Shown in pieces: positions 34,769 to 44,103 of a stretch of 54,754 nucleotides of DNA. Below the pieces are notes generated by a model, which was not told where the DNA came from, made no database searches, and saw only the letters and a program-made list of their open reading frames with translations. Numbering within the stretch: the first letter of the stretch is position 1; each line of letters starts with the position of its first letter. The stretch covers positions 1 to 54,754 of the forward strand of contig JACOVS010000039.1 of assembly GCA_016177205.1 (NCBI GenBank). The letters run 5' to 3'. A program made the translations under genes and the position numbers. The stretch is from Candidatus Aenigmatarchaeota archaeon (lineage in GTDB: Archaea; Aenigmatarchaeota; Aenigmatarchaeia; JACPZZ01).

Positions 34769-35167
34769 GAAGCATACCATACGATAACTAGAAGCGTATC
34801 CTATACCAATTGGGTATGTTTCAGTTCGCAGCGCTAGAAATATGTGCATCGGAAACTGACGCATACATAGTATGCGTCCGGTTGAAAAGCACATATTTCA
34901 GTCGAATAGCCCCGTAGTGCAGCGGCCAAGCACGGCGGGCTTTGGGTAGTCACAAATTGAAGCTTGTGCATCGGAAACTGAAGCATACCTATGGTATGCT
35001 TCTAGCTGCAAAGCGCAAGCTTAAGCTAGAAGTTACCCGTAAACGGCGGAAGTGCTGAAGTGTAAAAATTTCGCACTGCCGATTTCGAATCCGCCCGGGG
35101 CTAATCAGCTAGAGGCATACCGTATACTGTATCGGTATGCCTCGGCCTGAATATCGGCATGCTTCAG
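34769..35167 (+). repeat. cluster of GAAGCATACC/GGTATGCTTC palindromic repeats (family C)
   Basis: hairpins at 34791-34822, 34837-34899, 34960-35022 and 35112-35143; half copies at 34769 and about 35153. Confidence 0.8.
34908..35103 (+). tRNA. tRNA-Gln(TTG) with two BHB introns: 37/38 at 34946-35034 and 53/54 at 35050-35083; CCA not encoded
   Basis: acceptor AGCCCCG/CGGGGCT, D stem GTGC/GCAC, anticodon stem GCGGG/CCCGT with CT-TTG-G, T stem GGCGG/CCGCC with TTCGAAT; both introns have a 4-bp central helix flanked by 3-nt bulges. Confidence 0.92.
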
Positions 35168-35215
35168 TCTAAAAACAAACACGGAAGTGTTTGTCAATTA
35201 GTCGTAGGTGTTTTA

Positions 35216-35734
35216 ATGCAAGTCTCCGTATTGCGCATCGGCCATCGCATTTTCCGCGACCAGCGGATAACAACGCATTGCGCTCTCGCTTCGCGGGCGT
35301 TCGGAGCGGACGAGATAATTATCGTCGGGGATAAGGATGAAAAACTAAAAAAGAACGTGGAAAAAATCTCTTCGGAATGGGGTGGGAATTTTAAAATCTC
35401 TTTCTCGGCAACATGGAAAGATATTATTAAAAAGTTTTTGGCGGAAGGCTGCAAAACCGTGCATCTTACCATGTACGGTCGGCCTGTGCAGGACGTTGAA
35501 AAGGAGATACGAAAAGAGAATAAAATATTGCTCATCGCCGGCGGCGAGAAAGTTCCCGCTGAAGTTTATCAAATGGCCGATTACAACGTTTCCGTCACGA
35601 CGCAGCCGCACTCCGAAGTCAGCAGCATCGCGGTTTTCCTGGACAGGGTTTTCGGGGGCGAAGAATTGAACAAAGAGTTCAAAAACGCCAGAAGGAAAAT
35701 AATACCCTCTGCCAAAGGAAAAAGGTTTGCTTAG
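35216..35734 (+). CDS. trm56: tRNA (cytidine56-2'-O)-methyltransferase
   Basis: VLRIGHR..RD.RITTH, WGG.F, VHLTMYG, EKVP, QPHSEV; AGGTG RBS. Confidence 0.95.
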   Translation: MQVSVLRIGHRIFRDQRITTHCALASRAFGADEIIIVGDKDEKLKKNVEKISSEWGGNFKISFSATWKDIIKKFLAEGCKTVHLTMYGRPVQDVEKEIRKENKILLIAGGEKVPAEVYQMADYNVSVTTQPHSEVSSIAVFLDRVFGGEELNKEFKNARRKIIPSAKGKRFA

Positions 35735-35739
35735 TTTTT

Positions 35740-36660
35740 CTACATTTTCACGCGCATGAAATCCTTTGCCGTTATCGTATCCGGGAATATTTTTTTAGCC
35801 GACGTTTCAAAGTCCTTCAGCGAATGGTAGCGCCTGGAGAAATGGGTCAATATCAATTTTTTAACGCCGGCCTTCTTTGCGATTTCCGCGACTTCGTCAA
35901 CGCTTGAGTGCGATTTCCTTCTCTTCTCTTCGGACACAACGTCCTCAAGAAAGGTTGAATCGTGTATCAGTATGTCCGCATTTTCGGAGATTTTTATCAT
36001 GTTGCCGCACGGGGTCGTGTCCCCGGAATAAACTATCTTCCTGCCTAAGCGCGTTGTCGACACGTCCTCAAGTTTTATTTTAGTTCCTCTGTGGACAACA
36101 CTTCCTTCTTCCTTTAATTTCCCTATGACCGGCCCCTGCTTTAATCCATAAACGGAAGCTTTTTTCAAATCCACATTGATCCTGTCGTTTTCCTTGAAAC
36201 AATAAGCAACCGCAGGCACGGTGTGGGCTACAGGTATGGAAAAGACTGAAAAATCCTCGTACCTGGCAACTGTTTCTATGTCATTTCCCTGGAAATCCAA
36301 AGACTTGCCTTTAACCGGGAAACCGACTCCCCAGTGTCCGAGTTCCAATATGTCCGAAACGAACAATTCCGCCTCCGGCCCGTAGATTGTCAAGGGTTTA
36401 TTCCGGTCCTCCAAGTTCATAGACTGTATCAGTCCTATAAGGCCGGCGAAATGGTCCGCGTGCCAATGAGTAATGAAAATGTCGTCGATCTTCATCGGGC
36501 TTTCGCCCGCAATTGCCATCTGCCTCTGCGTTCCCTCGCCGCAATCCCACAAAAGCTGCCGGCCTTCGTACTTTAATAGTATGGCCGGGTGGTTCCGCTC
36601 GCGCGAGGGAATTCCGGATCCTGTGCCAAGAAAAACTATCTCCATAATATCATCCGCCAA
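35740..36660 (-). CDS. rnz: ribonuclease Z
   Basis: FLGTG...P, DCGEGTQRQ, THWHADH, GP-rich exosite arm, YSGDT, HDSTF, LTHFSRRY. Confidence 0.95.
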   Translation of the reverse strand: MADDIMEIVFLGTGSGIPSRERNHPAILLKYEGRQLLWDCGEGTQRQMAIAGESPMKIDDIFITHWHADHFAGLIGLIQSMNLEDRNKPLTIYGPEAELFVSDILELGHWGVGFPVKGKSLDFQGNDIETVARYEDFSVFSIPVAHTVPAVAYCFKENDRINVDLKKASVYGLKQGPVIGKLKEEGSVVHRGTKIKLEDVSTTRLGRKIVYSGDTTPCGNMIKISENADILIHDSTFLEDVVSEEKRRKSHSSVDEVAEIAKKAGVKKLILTHFSRRYHSLKDFETSAKKIFPDTITAKDFMRVKM

Positions 36661-38023
36661 AGAATTTCCTGAGGAAAATTTTCGCGCCGGGCGCCCGGGC
36701 CGATTTGTATATCTTTTCGTCCTCGGCTATTTTGAAGCCCCTTGAAACCGACGCCGCTATGTAACTCGGTATTCCAGTTTCTTCCAGGTTCTTTTGGCCG
36801 GCTTTTAAAAGTTCCGACAGATAAGCGGCCGCTTCCGTGTGTTTTCTTTCCGTTTCAGCGACCCAGTTAATTCCCTCGATATAAGGCCTTCGCACAGAGT
36901 TTTTCATATAATGCGCTACGAAGTTGCGCGCGTTCGAATGGGCGAATATAGGCGGCCCGACCCTTTTTTTCACGTTGGGTAGTTTGTGCACCGCCATCTC
37001 AAACAGGATGATGCCCGTGGATTTTCCGTCCGACCACACGTCCCTGTTCATGGACGCAAAATCGTTCTCCCTGAGCATGTGGTCTATCCTCTCCGCCGCC
37101 CTTCTCAATTGCGGCCAGAGTATGTCCGCCACAACTTTCGGCGGCTTGAAAACAATTGCGATCAGTTTGGCGTCTCTTGATCTCCGCAATTTTGCGAATT
37201 CCGCCCTTCCCAAAGGCTTCTCTTCGGGCGGAAAAAAGAATTTTTCCGAAGGTTTTTTGCAGAAATCGTCAGCTCTGGAGACCAGAGCTTCAAAACTTTT
37301 GGCGGAAACGGCTGCGGCGACATTGCGGTTCGGGTCGACAGGGTCAATCAACGCCATTGGCGAAGAGAACTTCTGACGGACCGGCCTGCTGTCAAGCGTT
37401 ATTATGGTTCCGGCCTTCCAGCCCGCTATCGAATTTATCGCATTCTCAAAAGACCCGTATTTTATTATGAGCAGGTCGCATATGTAGCCGGAAAACCCTT
37501 CTGTCTTCAGGTCCGCGCCGTAGACGCCGGCCGCCTTGCAAAATTGTTTTAACAGCCTTACGTCATTGGCCTGTTCAGGCCTCATATTCTTTTCTATGTA
37601 TTTCACGTGGAACGGCGTCCTGTCAACTGCGGATTTGATCTTATCGGCCGAGGATAACTTGTAGCACGGCACAATATCCACCTGGTATTTTCCCACAAAG
37701 CCTCTCACGTAAGGGTGTTGCGCGTAGGATACGGTGTGCCTGCCGCCAACCGACTTTATCGCGGCCCTGCCGATTGACAGGCCTATATTACCCAACTCGT
37801 CTTCTTTCACGCTTTCCGGAAACGCAACAAAGATATCTATTTCCTTTTTCTCTTTCATCCATGTGTTCCTCGTTATCGACCCCGCAAGTATGGTCTCGGC
37901 GCCGTACTTGTCCGCGAATTTTCCCACCTCTATCAGGAGCCTCCGGGATATTTTCTTTATTTCTTCCCCGTCCTTCCTGCCTGGTAGTATTCTTTTCAAG
38001 GCCTTTCTAAGAACGCCCTTCAT
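36650..38023 (-). CDS. cca: archaeal (class I) CCA-adding enzyme
   Basis: GS..RNTW...EIDIF, YAQHPY, VDIVPCY, SAVDRTPFH, GFSGY, DPVDP.RNVAAA. Confidence 0.95.
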   Translation of the reverse strand: MKGVLRKALKRILPGRKDGEEIKKISRRLLIEVGKFADKYGAETILAGSITRNTWMKEKKEIDIFVAFPESVKEDELGNIGLSIGRAAIKSVGGRHTVSYAQHPYVRGFVGKYQVDIVPCYKLSSADKIKSAVDRTPFHVKYIEKNMRPEQANDVRLLKQFCKAAGVYGADLKTEGFSGYICDLLIIKYGSFENAINSIAGWKAGTIITLDSRPVRQKFSSPMALIDPVDPNRNVAAAVSAKSFEALVSRADDFCKKPSEKFFFPPEEKPLGRAEFAKLRRSRDAKLIAIVFKPPKVVADILWPQLRRAAERIDHMLRENDFASMNRDVWSDGKSTGIILFEMAVHKLPNVKKRVGPPIFAHSNARNFVAHYMKNSVRRPYIEGINWVAETERKHTEAAAYLSELLKAGQKNLEETGIPSYIAASVSRGFKIAEDEKIYKSARAPGAKIFLRKFFGG

Positions 38024-38048
38024 AATTAGTTTTTAATCGAACCGATAT

Positions 38049-38681
38049 TTAACGTGGTTTTTTCGCCAGCTTTGCCGCCAAGTAGCCAAAGGCGAAACCG
38101 CCTATGTGCGCCCAAAATGCAACATTGCTGCCGCCGTACCCGGCGAGCGTCGCGACCCCGAAGAAAAGCTGAATTAAAAACCAGAAGCCTATCACCAGCC
38201 ATGCCGGAGTCTGGCCCACCCAATACCCGGCGGACGTGGTTATTCTAGCTTGAGGAAACAAAACCATGTAAAATCCCAGTATGCCCGAAACCGCGCCGGA
38301 AGCGCCTATCGAGGGGGTTGTCGAGGAGGGATCGGTCGCATATTGAACAAGGGCTGCGGCCGCGCCGGATACAACGTAAAGGAAAAGGAACCTAAGCCTT
38401 CCGAGCCTGTCCTCCACATTGTCGCCGAATATCCACAGGTACCACATGTTTCCGAAAATGTGGTCAAAGCCTGCGTGCAGGAACATAGAGGTGAATACGG
38501 TGATTACCGCGTACAATGACGGGAAGTAGTACGGGGTAAAGCCAAGCGTATAAATGATATTTTCGAAGTCTGAAAGGCTGGCCAAGAACACAAGAACGTT
38601 TATCAGAATAAGCGAAACCGTAACAATCGGAAAGTCTCTGGTTTTAATCGAGTCCCCGTACGGGAAGAACTGGCCTTTCAT
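38049..38681 (-). CDS. rhomboid intramembrane serine protease
   Basis: FLH...H..GNM, GASG, AHIGG. Confidence 0.95.
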   Translation of the reverse strand: MKGQFFPYGDSIKTRDFPIVTVSLILINVLVFLASLSDFENIIYTLGFTPYYFPSLYAVITVFTSMFLHAGFDHIFGNMWYLWIFGDNVEDRLGRLRFLFLYVVSGAAAALVQYATDPSSTTPSIGASGAVSGILGFYMVLFPQARITTSAGYWVGQTPAWLVIGFWFLIQLFFGVATLAGYGGSNVAFWAHIGGFAFGYLAAKLAKKPR

Positions 38682-38714
38682 GATTAGTTTTAGCCGGGCT
38701 TTTCTAAAAGCTTA

Positions 38715-39224
38715 TTAAAAGCAGAGTTCGTCTACCTGCCTGATTTTCAGCATCGAAGGGTCCACTGGAACAAGTTCTATGTTCGCCTCCTTCAGGAAGC
38801 GGACCGCATGCTCTCCGGGATAGTTCCCTGCGAAAATTATTTTCTTTATTCCGGCGTTGATAAGGTTTTTTGCACAGGCCACACACGGCGGGCCTGCGGT
38901 AACGTATAATGTTGAATCTTCCGTACTAACGCCGTGCTTGGCGGCGTGCAATATGGCATTCTCCTCGGCATGGACGGTTCTTATACAATGCTCCTTTGTA
39001 GAGCCGTCTTCGTCTTCACGCTTTACCACAAGGCATCCCACTTCCGTGCAATGTTTGCCGCCCGAAGGCGAGCCATTATAACCTGTGGATAATATTCTGT
39101 TGCCTTTTACAAGGACTGCTCCAACGTGCCTGCGCAAACATGTCGCGCGCGACGCAACTTCGATCGCTATGCGCATAAAATACTCGTCGAAATCGGGCCG
39201 CTTCCACTCTGCCAAAAATATCAC
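38715..39224 (-). CDS. dCMP deaminase (ComEB family)
   Basis: RP..DEYF, TGYNG, HAE.NA, PC..C. Confidence 0.92.
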   Translation of the reverse strand: MIFLAEWKRPDFDEYFMRIAIEVASRATCLRRHVGAVLVKGNRILSTGYNGSPSGGKHCTEVGCLVVKREDEDGSTKEHCIRTVHAEENAILHAAKHGVSTEDSTLYVTAGPPCVACAKNLINAGIKKIIFAGNYPGEHAVRFLKEANIELVPVDPSMLKIRQVDELCF

Positions 39225-39277
39225 TGATTATCAGATCTGGCCTGCGATTTAAATATCCCGATCAATATCGGAATTAC

Positions 39278-40153
39278 ATGTCCGGCCTTTTATATCCTAT
39301 GGGCCTGAATGCGCCCGGTTACACGCCCGACCCGGAAAAATGCAAAGTCTGGTATTTCGGCGTGCCTTTCGACGCCACAGTATGTTATTTGGCCGGTTGC
39401 AGGTTCGGGCCGAAGGTTTTTCGTGAAGCCTTTTTGCAGAACGAAGTTTATGACATCAGGACAGGAACAAATCTCCTGGACATAGGTTTTTTTGATTTAG
39501 GCGACATGGAACCTGTCAGGGAAAGCGCGGAAAAAACTTTGCAGCGTGTTAAGGCGCAGACAGCGCACATATTGGAAAAGGGGAAATTCCCGCTGATGAT
39601 AGGCGGCGAACATACCTTGACCGCCGGGGCTGTGTGGGCCTGCGCCGAAAAATTCAAGGACGTTAAGGTCGTTCAGTTCGATGCGCATGACGATTTGCGC
39701 ACGGACTTCGAGGGAAGCCGCTTCGACCACGCCTGCGCGATGAACTTATGCGTTGAAAAAATAGGCATGAAAAATCTTATGGGAATAGGGATAAGGGCGT
39801 CGCCGCAATCAAGCTCAAAGTTCAAGGACCGGACAATTTACCGTTACCAGTTGCGCGACAACTTTGAAGCTGCTAGGAAGGAACTCCTGGATTTTGTTAA
39901 AGATGCAAACGTTTACATAACGGTGGACATGGACTGTTTTGATCCGGGCATAGCACCGGGCGTCGGCACGCCTGAGCCTGATGGAATGCTGTACCACGAA
40001 GTATTGGGGCTGATAAAAGTTTTGAAAAACGCAAAGAAAATCGTAGGCATGGACATCGTTGAATTGCGTCCGCTGCCGGATAACAACGTAACCGAAATGA
40101 CCGCCTCAAAACTTTTCATGGAAACGGTGGCGCAGCTAAAAGACAAAATTTAA
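39278..40153 (+). CDS. speB: agmatinase
   Basis: GGEH, DAH.D, D.D..DP..APG.GTPEP.G; adjacent to aIF5A. Confidence 0.9.
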   Translation: MSGLLYPMGLNAPGYTPDPEKCKVWYFGVPFDATVCYLAGCRFGPKVFREAFLQNEVYDIRTGTNLLDIGFFDLGDMEPVRESAEKTLQRVKAQTAHILEKGKFPLMIGGEHTLTAGAVWACAEKFKDVKVVQFDAHDDLRTDFEGSRFDHACAMNLCVEKIGMKNLMGIGIRASPQSSSKFKDRTIYRYQLRDNFEAARKELLDFVKDANVYITVDMDCFDPGIAPGVGTPEPDGMLYHEVLGLIKVLKNAKKIVGMDIVELRPLPDNNVTEMTASKLFMETVAQLKDKI

Positions 40154-40166
40154 CCGGTAAATCGGG

Positions 40167-40562
40167 TCAGCCCTTGGCTTCCCGCAGTATCTTCTTGCCG
40201 ATGACTTCCCAGTACATTACTTCGCCGCCTTCTTTTATTTCGGATTTAATTTCCTCGGGTATCTCCGCTTCAAACTGCGAATAGTCCTGCATGTCCATCA
40301 ACTGCGCCGTGCTGCCGCTTATCGCAAGGACCTGGGCCATCTTTTTAAGAATGATGGGAACTTCTATTTCGGAATCTCCGGGCTTGACGACAGATCTTCT
40401 TCGCCCGTCAAAAATCCCGTTCGCTTCCACCCTAGCTTTCGCGGAGCCGTGCTTGCCGGACTTGGAAATATCAATGCTCGCAACCTTGCACACTTCGCCG
40501 TCGATAAGAACGAATTGGCCGGGTTTGAGGTGTTTTACCGAAGTGGTCGTAGTGTCAGCCAT
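40167..40562 (-). CDS. eif5a: translation factor aIF5A
   Basis: SKSGKHGSAK hypusine loop; QLMD. Confidence 0.97.
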   Translation of the reverse strand: MADTTTTSVKHLKPGQFVLIDGEVCKVASIDISKSGKHGSAKARVEANGIFDGRRRSVVKPGDSEIEVPIILKKMAQVLAISGSTAQLMDMQDYSQFEAEIPEEIKSEIKEGGEVMYWEVIGKKILREAKG

Positions 40563-40696
40563 TCCATCATCTTTTGGTTAAACTTTTTTGAACAACGAAA
40601 AGCAAAGCTTTTCCTGCGAAGTTTAAATCAATAAACAATATGACAATTGCACGCTTAAATTCTTTTGAAATTTATCAAAAATTCGTGGGGCGCATT

Positions 40697-40909
40697 CTAT
40701 CTTGACGCCAGCTTTATGTCTTCGCGTTTAACCGTAACGCGGCCCGCATGGTTTGCAGCCGCAATGGCCTCCCGTGCGATCTGTTCCGCGATCTCGGTCA
40801 GAACTTCGTTCAACGCGTTAACCGCTGACAGGGAAACGCGCTCTGCTCCGGCCTTTCTCGCTATGCGTTCCAGCGGTGCGGAGGGGAAAGATCCTGCCAA
40901 CATTTTCAC
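40697..40909 (-). CDS. archaeal histone (HMf family)
   Basis: P.AP.ERI..KAGAERVS..A, A.HAGR.TVK.EDI.LA. Confidence 0.95.
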   Translation of the reverse strand: MKMLAGSFPSAPLERIARKAGAERVSLSAVNALNEVLTEIAEQIAREAIAAANHAGRVTVKREDIKLASR

Positions 40910-41090
40910 GTCCTTAACTTGATCCTAAAAGCTTATGAGAAACATGATTTATATACATTGGCGGGTTTTCCGTCCGATTATCGCATTTCTCTGGCCTGGC
41001 CGCACGTCGCCTTATAAGTACCGATAGCTTTAAATGCTTGACTGCGAGAACTATTTAGCTGGCGTTTCCAGCGCTAAATTGGTGATTTTG

Positions 41091-42035
41091 ATGGTAAAAA
41101 AGGAAGAAAAAAAGAAAGATTTTGTCTGCCCGGAATGCGGTTCCAAACGCTTGTCAGAGGACGCTAGCCGAGCGGAACTTGTTTGCATGAAGTGCGGCTT
41201 GGTTATCAAAGAGTCTATGATAGACATGACGCAGGAATGGCGCGCTTTCGACGAGGAACAAAGATCGAAACGCGCGCGAACCGGAGCTCCGCTTACGCAC
41301 ACAAAACACGACAAGGGCATGACAACCGAGATCGGCAAGGGCCCCGGGGAATTGTTTAAAGTTTCTACGAAAAAGCGTGCCCAGTATTACCGCCTTCAGA
41401 AATGGCACAAAAGGCTGATAGAAAGCAAGGACCGCAATTTGTCCTATGCGCTGTCTGAATTGCAGCGCCTGGTTTCTTATCTTGGCCTGTCAAAGAGCGT
41501 GCACGAGCAGGTCGCACAGCTGTACGAGCAGGCCGTCGACAAGGGCCTGGTGCGCGGCCGCTCGATGGAATCCGTAATCGCTGCTTTAATGTACGCGATG
41601 TGCCGCGAGTATAACACGCCCAGAACGCTGGACGAAATCGCCGAAGCGTCGGGTGTTGAGAAGCGCGAGATAGGAAAAACTTACCGCTACGTTTCGCGCG
41701 AGATAGGTATTAGAATTCTACCGGCAAAACCGCAGGACTACATTCCGCGTTTTGCCTCTATGCTTAACTTAAACGACAAGGTACAGGCCAAGGCTGTCGA
41801 GGTGCTGGAAAAGGCCGGTAAATTCGACGTAACGTCAGGCAAAGGCCCTACCGGTGTTGCTGCCGCTGCTTTGTATATCGCTGCGGTTTTGTGCGGCGAA
41901 CGTCGCACGCAGCGCGAGGTTGCGGACGTTGTGGGCGTCACGGAAGTGACCATAAGAAACAGGTACAAAGAAATCGTCAACAAGCTCGGCATTGAGGAAG
42001 AAGTAGAAAAGAACATTGAAACCATGGGCGCTTAG
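41091..42035 (+). CDS. tfb: transcription initiation factor IIB
   Basis: CPEC..CMKCG Zn ribbon, EWRAF, RGRS, SGKGP, TEVTIRNRY; GGTGA RBS. Confidence 0.97.
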   Translation: MVKKEEKKKDFVCPECGSKRLSEDASRAELVCMKCGLVIKESMIDMTQEWRAFDEEQRSKRARTGAPLTHTKHDKGMTTEIGKGPGELFKVSTKKRAQYYRLQKWHKRLIESKDRNLSYALSELQRLVSYLGLSKSVHEQVAQLYEQAVDKGLVRGRSMESVIAALMYAMCREYNTPRTLDEIAEASGVEKREIGKTYRYVSREIGIRILPAKPQDYIPRFASMLNLNDKVQAKAVEVLEKAGKFDVTSGKGPTGVAAAALYIAAVLCGERRTQREVADVVGVTEVTIRNRYKEIVNKLGIEEEVEKNIETMGA

Positions 42036-42171
42036 AATAGATTTTTGTTCTTATCCGCGATTTTCAAACACAGTATGCCCGGTTTTCCATTGGTCAAAGT
42101 TCCGATATAATCGGACAGTAAAGGTTTAAAAGGCGGATTTTACAAATAATGTTTAGTATCGGAGGAAACGT

Positions 42172-42372
42172 ATGTTTGGGATATTTAAGAAGAGCGCGAA
42201 AAAGGCCGCTAAAAAATCGGGCGGCAAAAAAGCCTTCGGCGGGTTTTCAATAAACTTCAACGGCAGGAAGGAAACGTTGGAGCAGGTTTTCGGTTCCAAG
42301 CCCATAGGTCCGAGCGAAATGACCAAAAGGCTGTGGAAATTCGTCAAGGGCAAAAGGCTGGGCTCTCGATAA
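42172..42372 (+). CDS. small basic protein with truncated SWIB/MDM2-like domain
   Basis: L...FG..P..PSEMTKRLWKFVK...L; Lys/Ala-rich N-tail; GGAGG RBS. Confidence 0.7.
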   Translation: MFGIFKKSAKKAAKKSGGKKAFGGFSINFNGRKETLEQVFGSKPIGPSEMTKRLWKFVKGKRLGSR

Positions 42373-42442
42373 GACCGTTTGTCTAAACCTTTTGTGAAGG
42401 CCTATTTTTATTGCTCGTTTACTTATTCTTGTCAAGGTCAAA

Positions 42443-42994
42443 ATGAGAAAAGGGGTTGCCAGCGTTGTCGTATTGGTAATGCTTCTGCTGGGGGCGGTAG
42501 CCCTCATCGGGGTGGCTTATCAGTGGCTTTCCGGAAACCTGAGCGCGGCCTTCGGAGGCCTGTACCCGCAGGACACGTTCTGCACAACCATGTGCATAGT
42601 TGACGGCGGCGAGGTTTCGCGTGTTTTGGTCCCTCTGGATGGCGACACGGTCATAAAGGCACGCGTTATCAATGACGGCGCAGTCCCGAAGAGCTATGTA
42701 ATAAAGTATTATCCAAACTTCACGCCCGAATTGTCGCTCATTGCAGCCCAGCCAGTGATAACCGTGCCCGCATCAGGATCGGCATTCGCGGAAATTGCCG
42801 TAAAGGGCCTGATAGTAAGGAACAGCGACATTGATTTCAATATTACCGCAATCAACATTAACGACAACAAGGACAACGTCTCTTTCGGCATACTCACCTC
42901 GGTCAGCACCGCGAACGTTCCTGACGCGGGCCCTGCCTGGTTCCTGCTCATACTGGCCGTTTCCTCGGCCCTTGTTTATCTAAAAGCTGGATGA
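42443..42994 (+). CDS. pilin-like protein with a second, C-terminal TM anchor
   Basis: MRKG|VASVVVLVMLL; ends VPDAGPAW-hydrophobic-K. Confidence 0.7.
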   Translation: MRKGVASVVVLVMLLLGAVALIGVAYQWLSGNLSAAFGGLYPQDTFCTTMCIVDGGEVSRVLVPLDGDTVIKARVINDGAVPKSYVIKYYPNFTPELSLIAAQPVITVPASGSAFAEIAVKGLIVRNSDIDFNITAININDNKDNVSFGILTSVSTANVPDAGPAWFLLILAVSSALVYLKAG

Positions 42995-44063
42995 TTTTTT
43001 CTATCCGGGCTATGCCCGCGTCCGTCTTTACCGATGTGCCGGAGAACTGGGTGCGTGTTGCGCTGAAATTAAGTTTTTTCAGCCTACTTATAACTTCGGG
43101 CATGGGTGGCGTGTTTTTGAAAATTCGCTTCGATATCCTGTGTATGTCATGGTAAAACGGCGTGTCATCCTCGTCGATCATGGACATGATTATCCTTCTG
43201 GCTTCTTTTGGTTTGTTAAAATTTCCATCGCCCAGTTTGCCCAGGATTTCAAAGCATATTTTTTTGTCGCGCAGCCGCCCGGCCCACACCGGGCCCATTT
43301 CTCTCGGAACCGCGCCACATATATCGCAAAGTGTTTTCCCGCGCGTCTGGTCAAACGTACACATCCCGCACCCTCTGCAATAATAGAATTTTTTTACGTA
43401 ATCCCCGCCGCCCTCGGCCACTTGTAAAAATACCCTGAAATAGTGTGCTGTGGCATGCGACAACAGAGGCCGGACAGATAAGCTCTGGCTCCCAAAATGC
43501 GTTGCGACAACGCCTATCAGGTTGCGGACGCCAACTTCCTTAAAGCATTCTGTGCGTTCCAGTTTGACGCCGTACCTTTCTTCGCACGTCTTGGAAAAAA
43601 TTCCGGCAAGGGCGCCGCAGTCCGTTGCCGTAATTGCCAGGTAAGAATCGCGCTTGGCGTTCTCCGCCACTTTATCCAGAAAATAAACAGGGGAGCCGAA
43701 CGGGTCTATGTCTATGAAGTCAAATTTCTTCGGGTTGTCTTCCAGAAAAGCGTTCGCGCCTTTGCACGACACGATGACCTTGTCCGATACGCCGTTAACG
43801 GCCGCGTTTTCTTTGATGTATTTTACCGCGCTTTCGCTGGCATCGTTCGCAACTACCGATGCTGCGCCAGTTTCCTTAGCGTATCTCACAGCACGCGCGC
43901 CCGCCGCTGACAGCAAATCGCACAAAACCGCATCCTTGATCCCGACCGCCTGCAAAAACGCAACGGAAATGTCCCTGGACAATTCCATGCCCGGGTTATA
44001 GAACGCCTCCTTACTGCTGTCCGGTAAATGAAGCGAAACGAGCCCTTCTTTAACGGTTTTCAT
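42948..44063 (-). CDS. trm1: tRNA (guanine26-N2)-dimethyltransferase
   Basis: FYNP.M..SRD, VVAND, DIDPFGSP, TATD, HYFR, Cys4 finger, GPVWAG. Confidence 0.93.
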   Translation of the reverse strand: MKTVKEGLVSLHLPDSSKEAFYNPGMELSRDISVAFLQAVGIKDAVLCDLLSAAGARAVRYAKETGAASVVANDASESAVKYIKENAAVNGVSDKVIVSCKGANAFLEDNPKKFDFIDIDPFGSPVYFLDKVAENAKRDSYLAITATDCGALAGIFSKTCEERYGVKLERTECFKEVGVRNLIGVVATHFGSQSLSVRPLLSHATAHYFRVFLQVAEGGGDYVKKFYYCRGCGMCTFDQTRGKTLCDICGAVPREMGPVWAGRLRDKKICFEILGKLGDGNFNKPKEARRIIMSMIDEDDTPFYHDIHRISKRIFKNTPPMPEVISRLKKLNFSATRTQFSGTSVKTDAGIARIEKIIQLLDKQGPRKRPV

Positions 44064-44064
44064 A

Positions 44065-44091
44065 TAACCCTTTTAGAAAGGGTTAACAAAA
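44065..44091 (-). repeat. family B palindrome just upstream of trm1
   Basis: minus strand TTTTGTTAACCCTTTCTAAAAGGGTTA. Confidence 0.6.
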
Positions 44092-44103
44092 TATAAATTA
44101 CCG

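Noticed and set aside
34908..35103. Split or pseudo tRNA
   Set aside because: All arms are present in order and both insertions have splice-compatible BHB motifs.
34769..35167. CRISPR array around the tRNA
   Set aside because: Irregular spacing and variable repeats with covarying arms fit REP-like hairpins instead.
39278..40562. speB next to aIF5A as a novel link
   Set aside because: The polyamine/hypusine gene neighbourhood is common in archaea.
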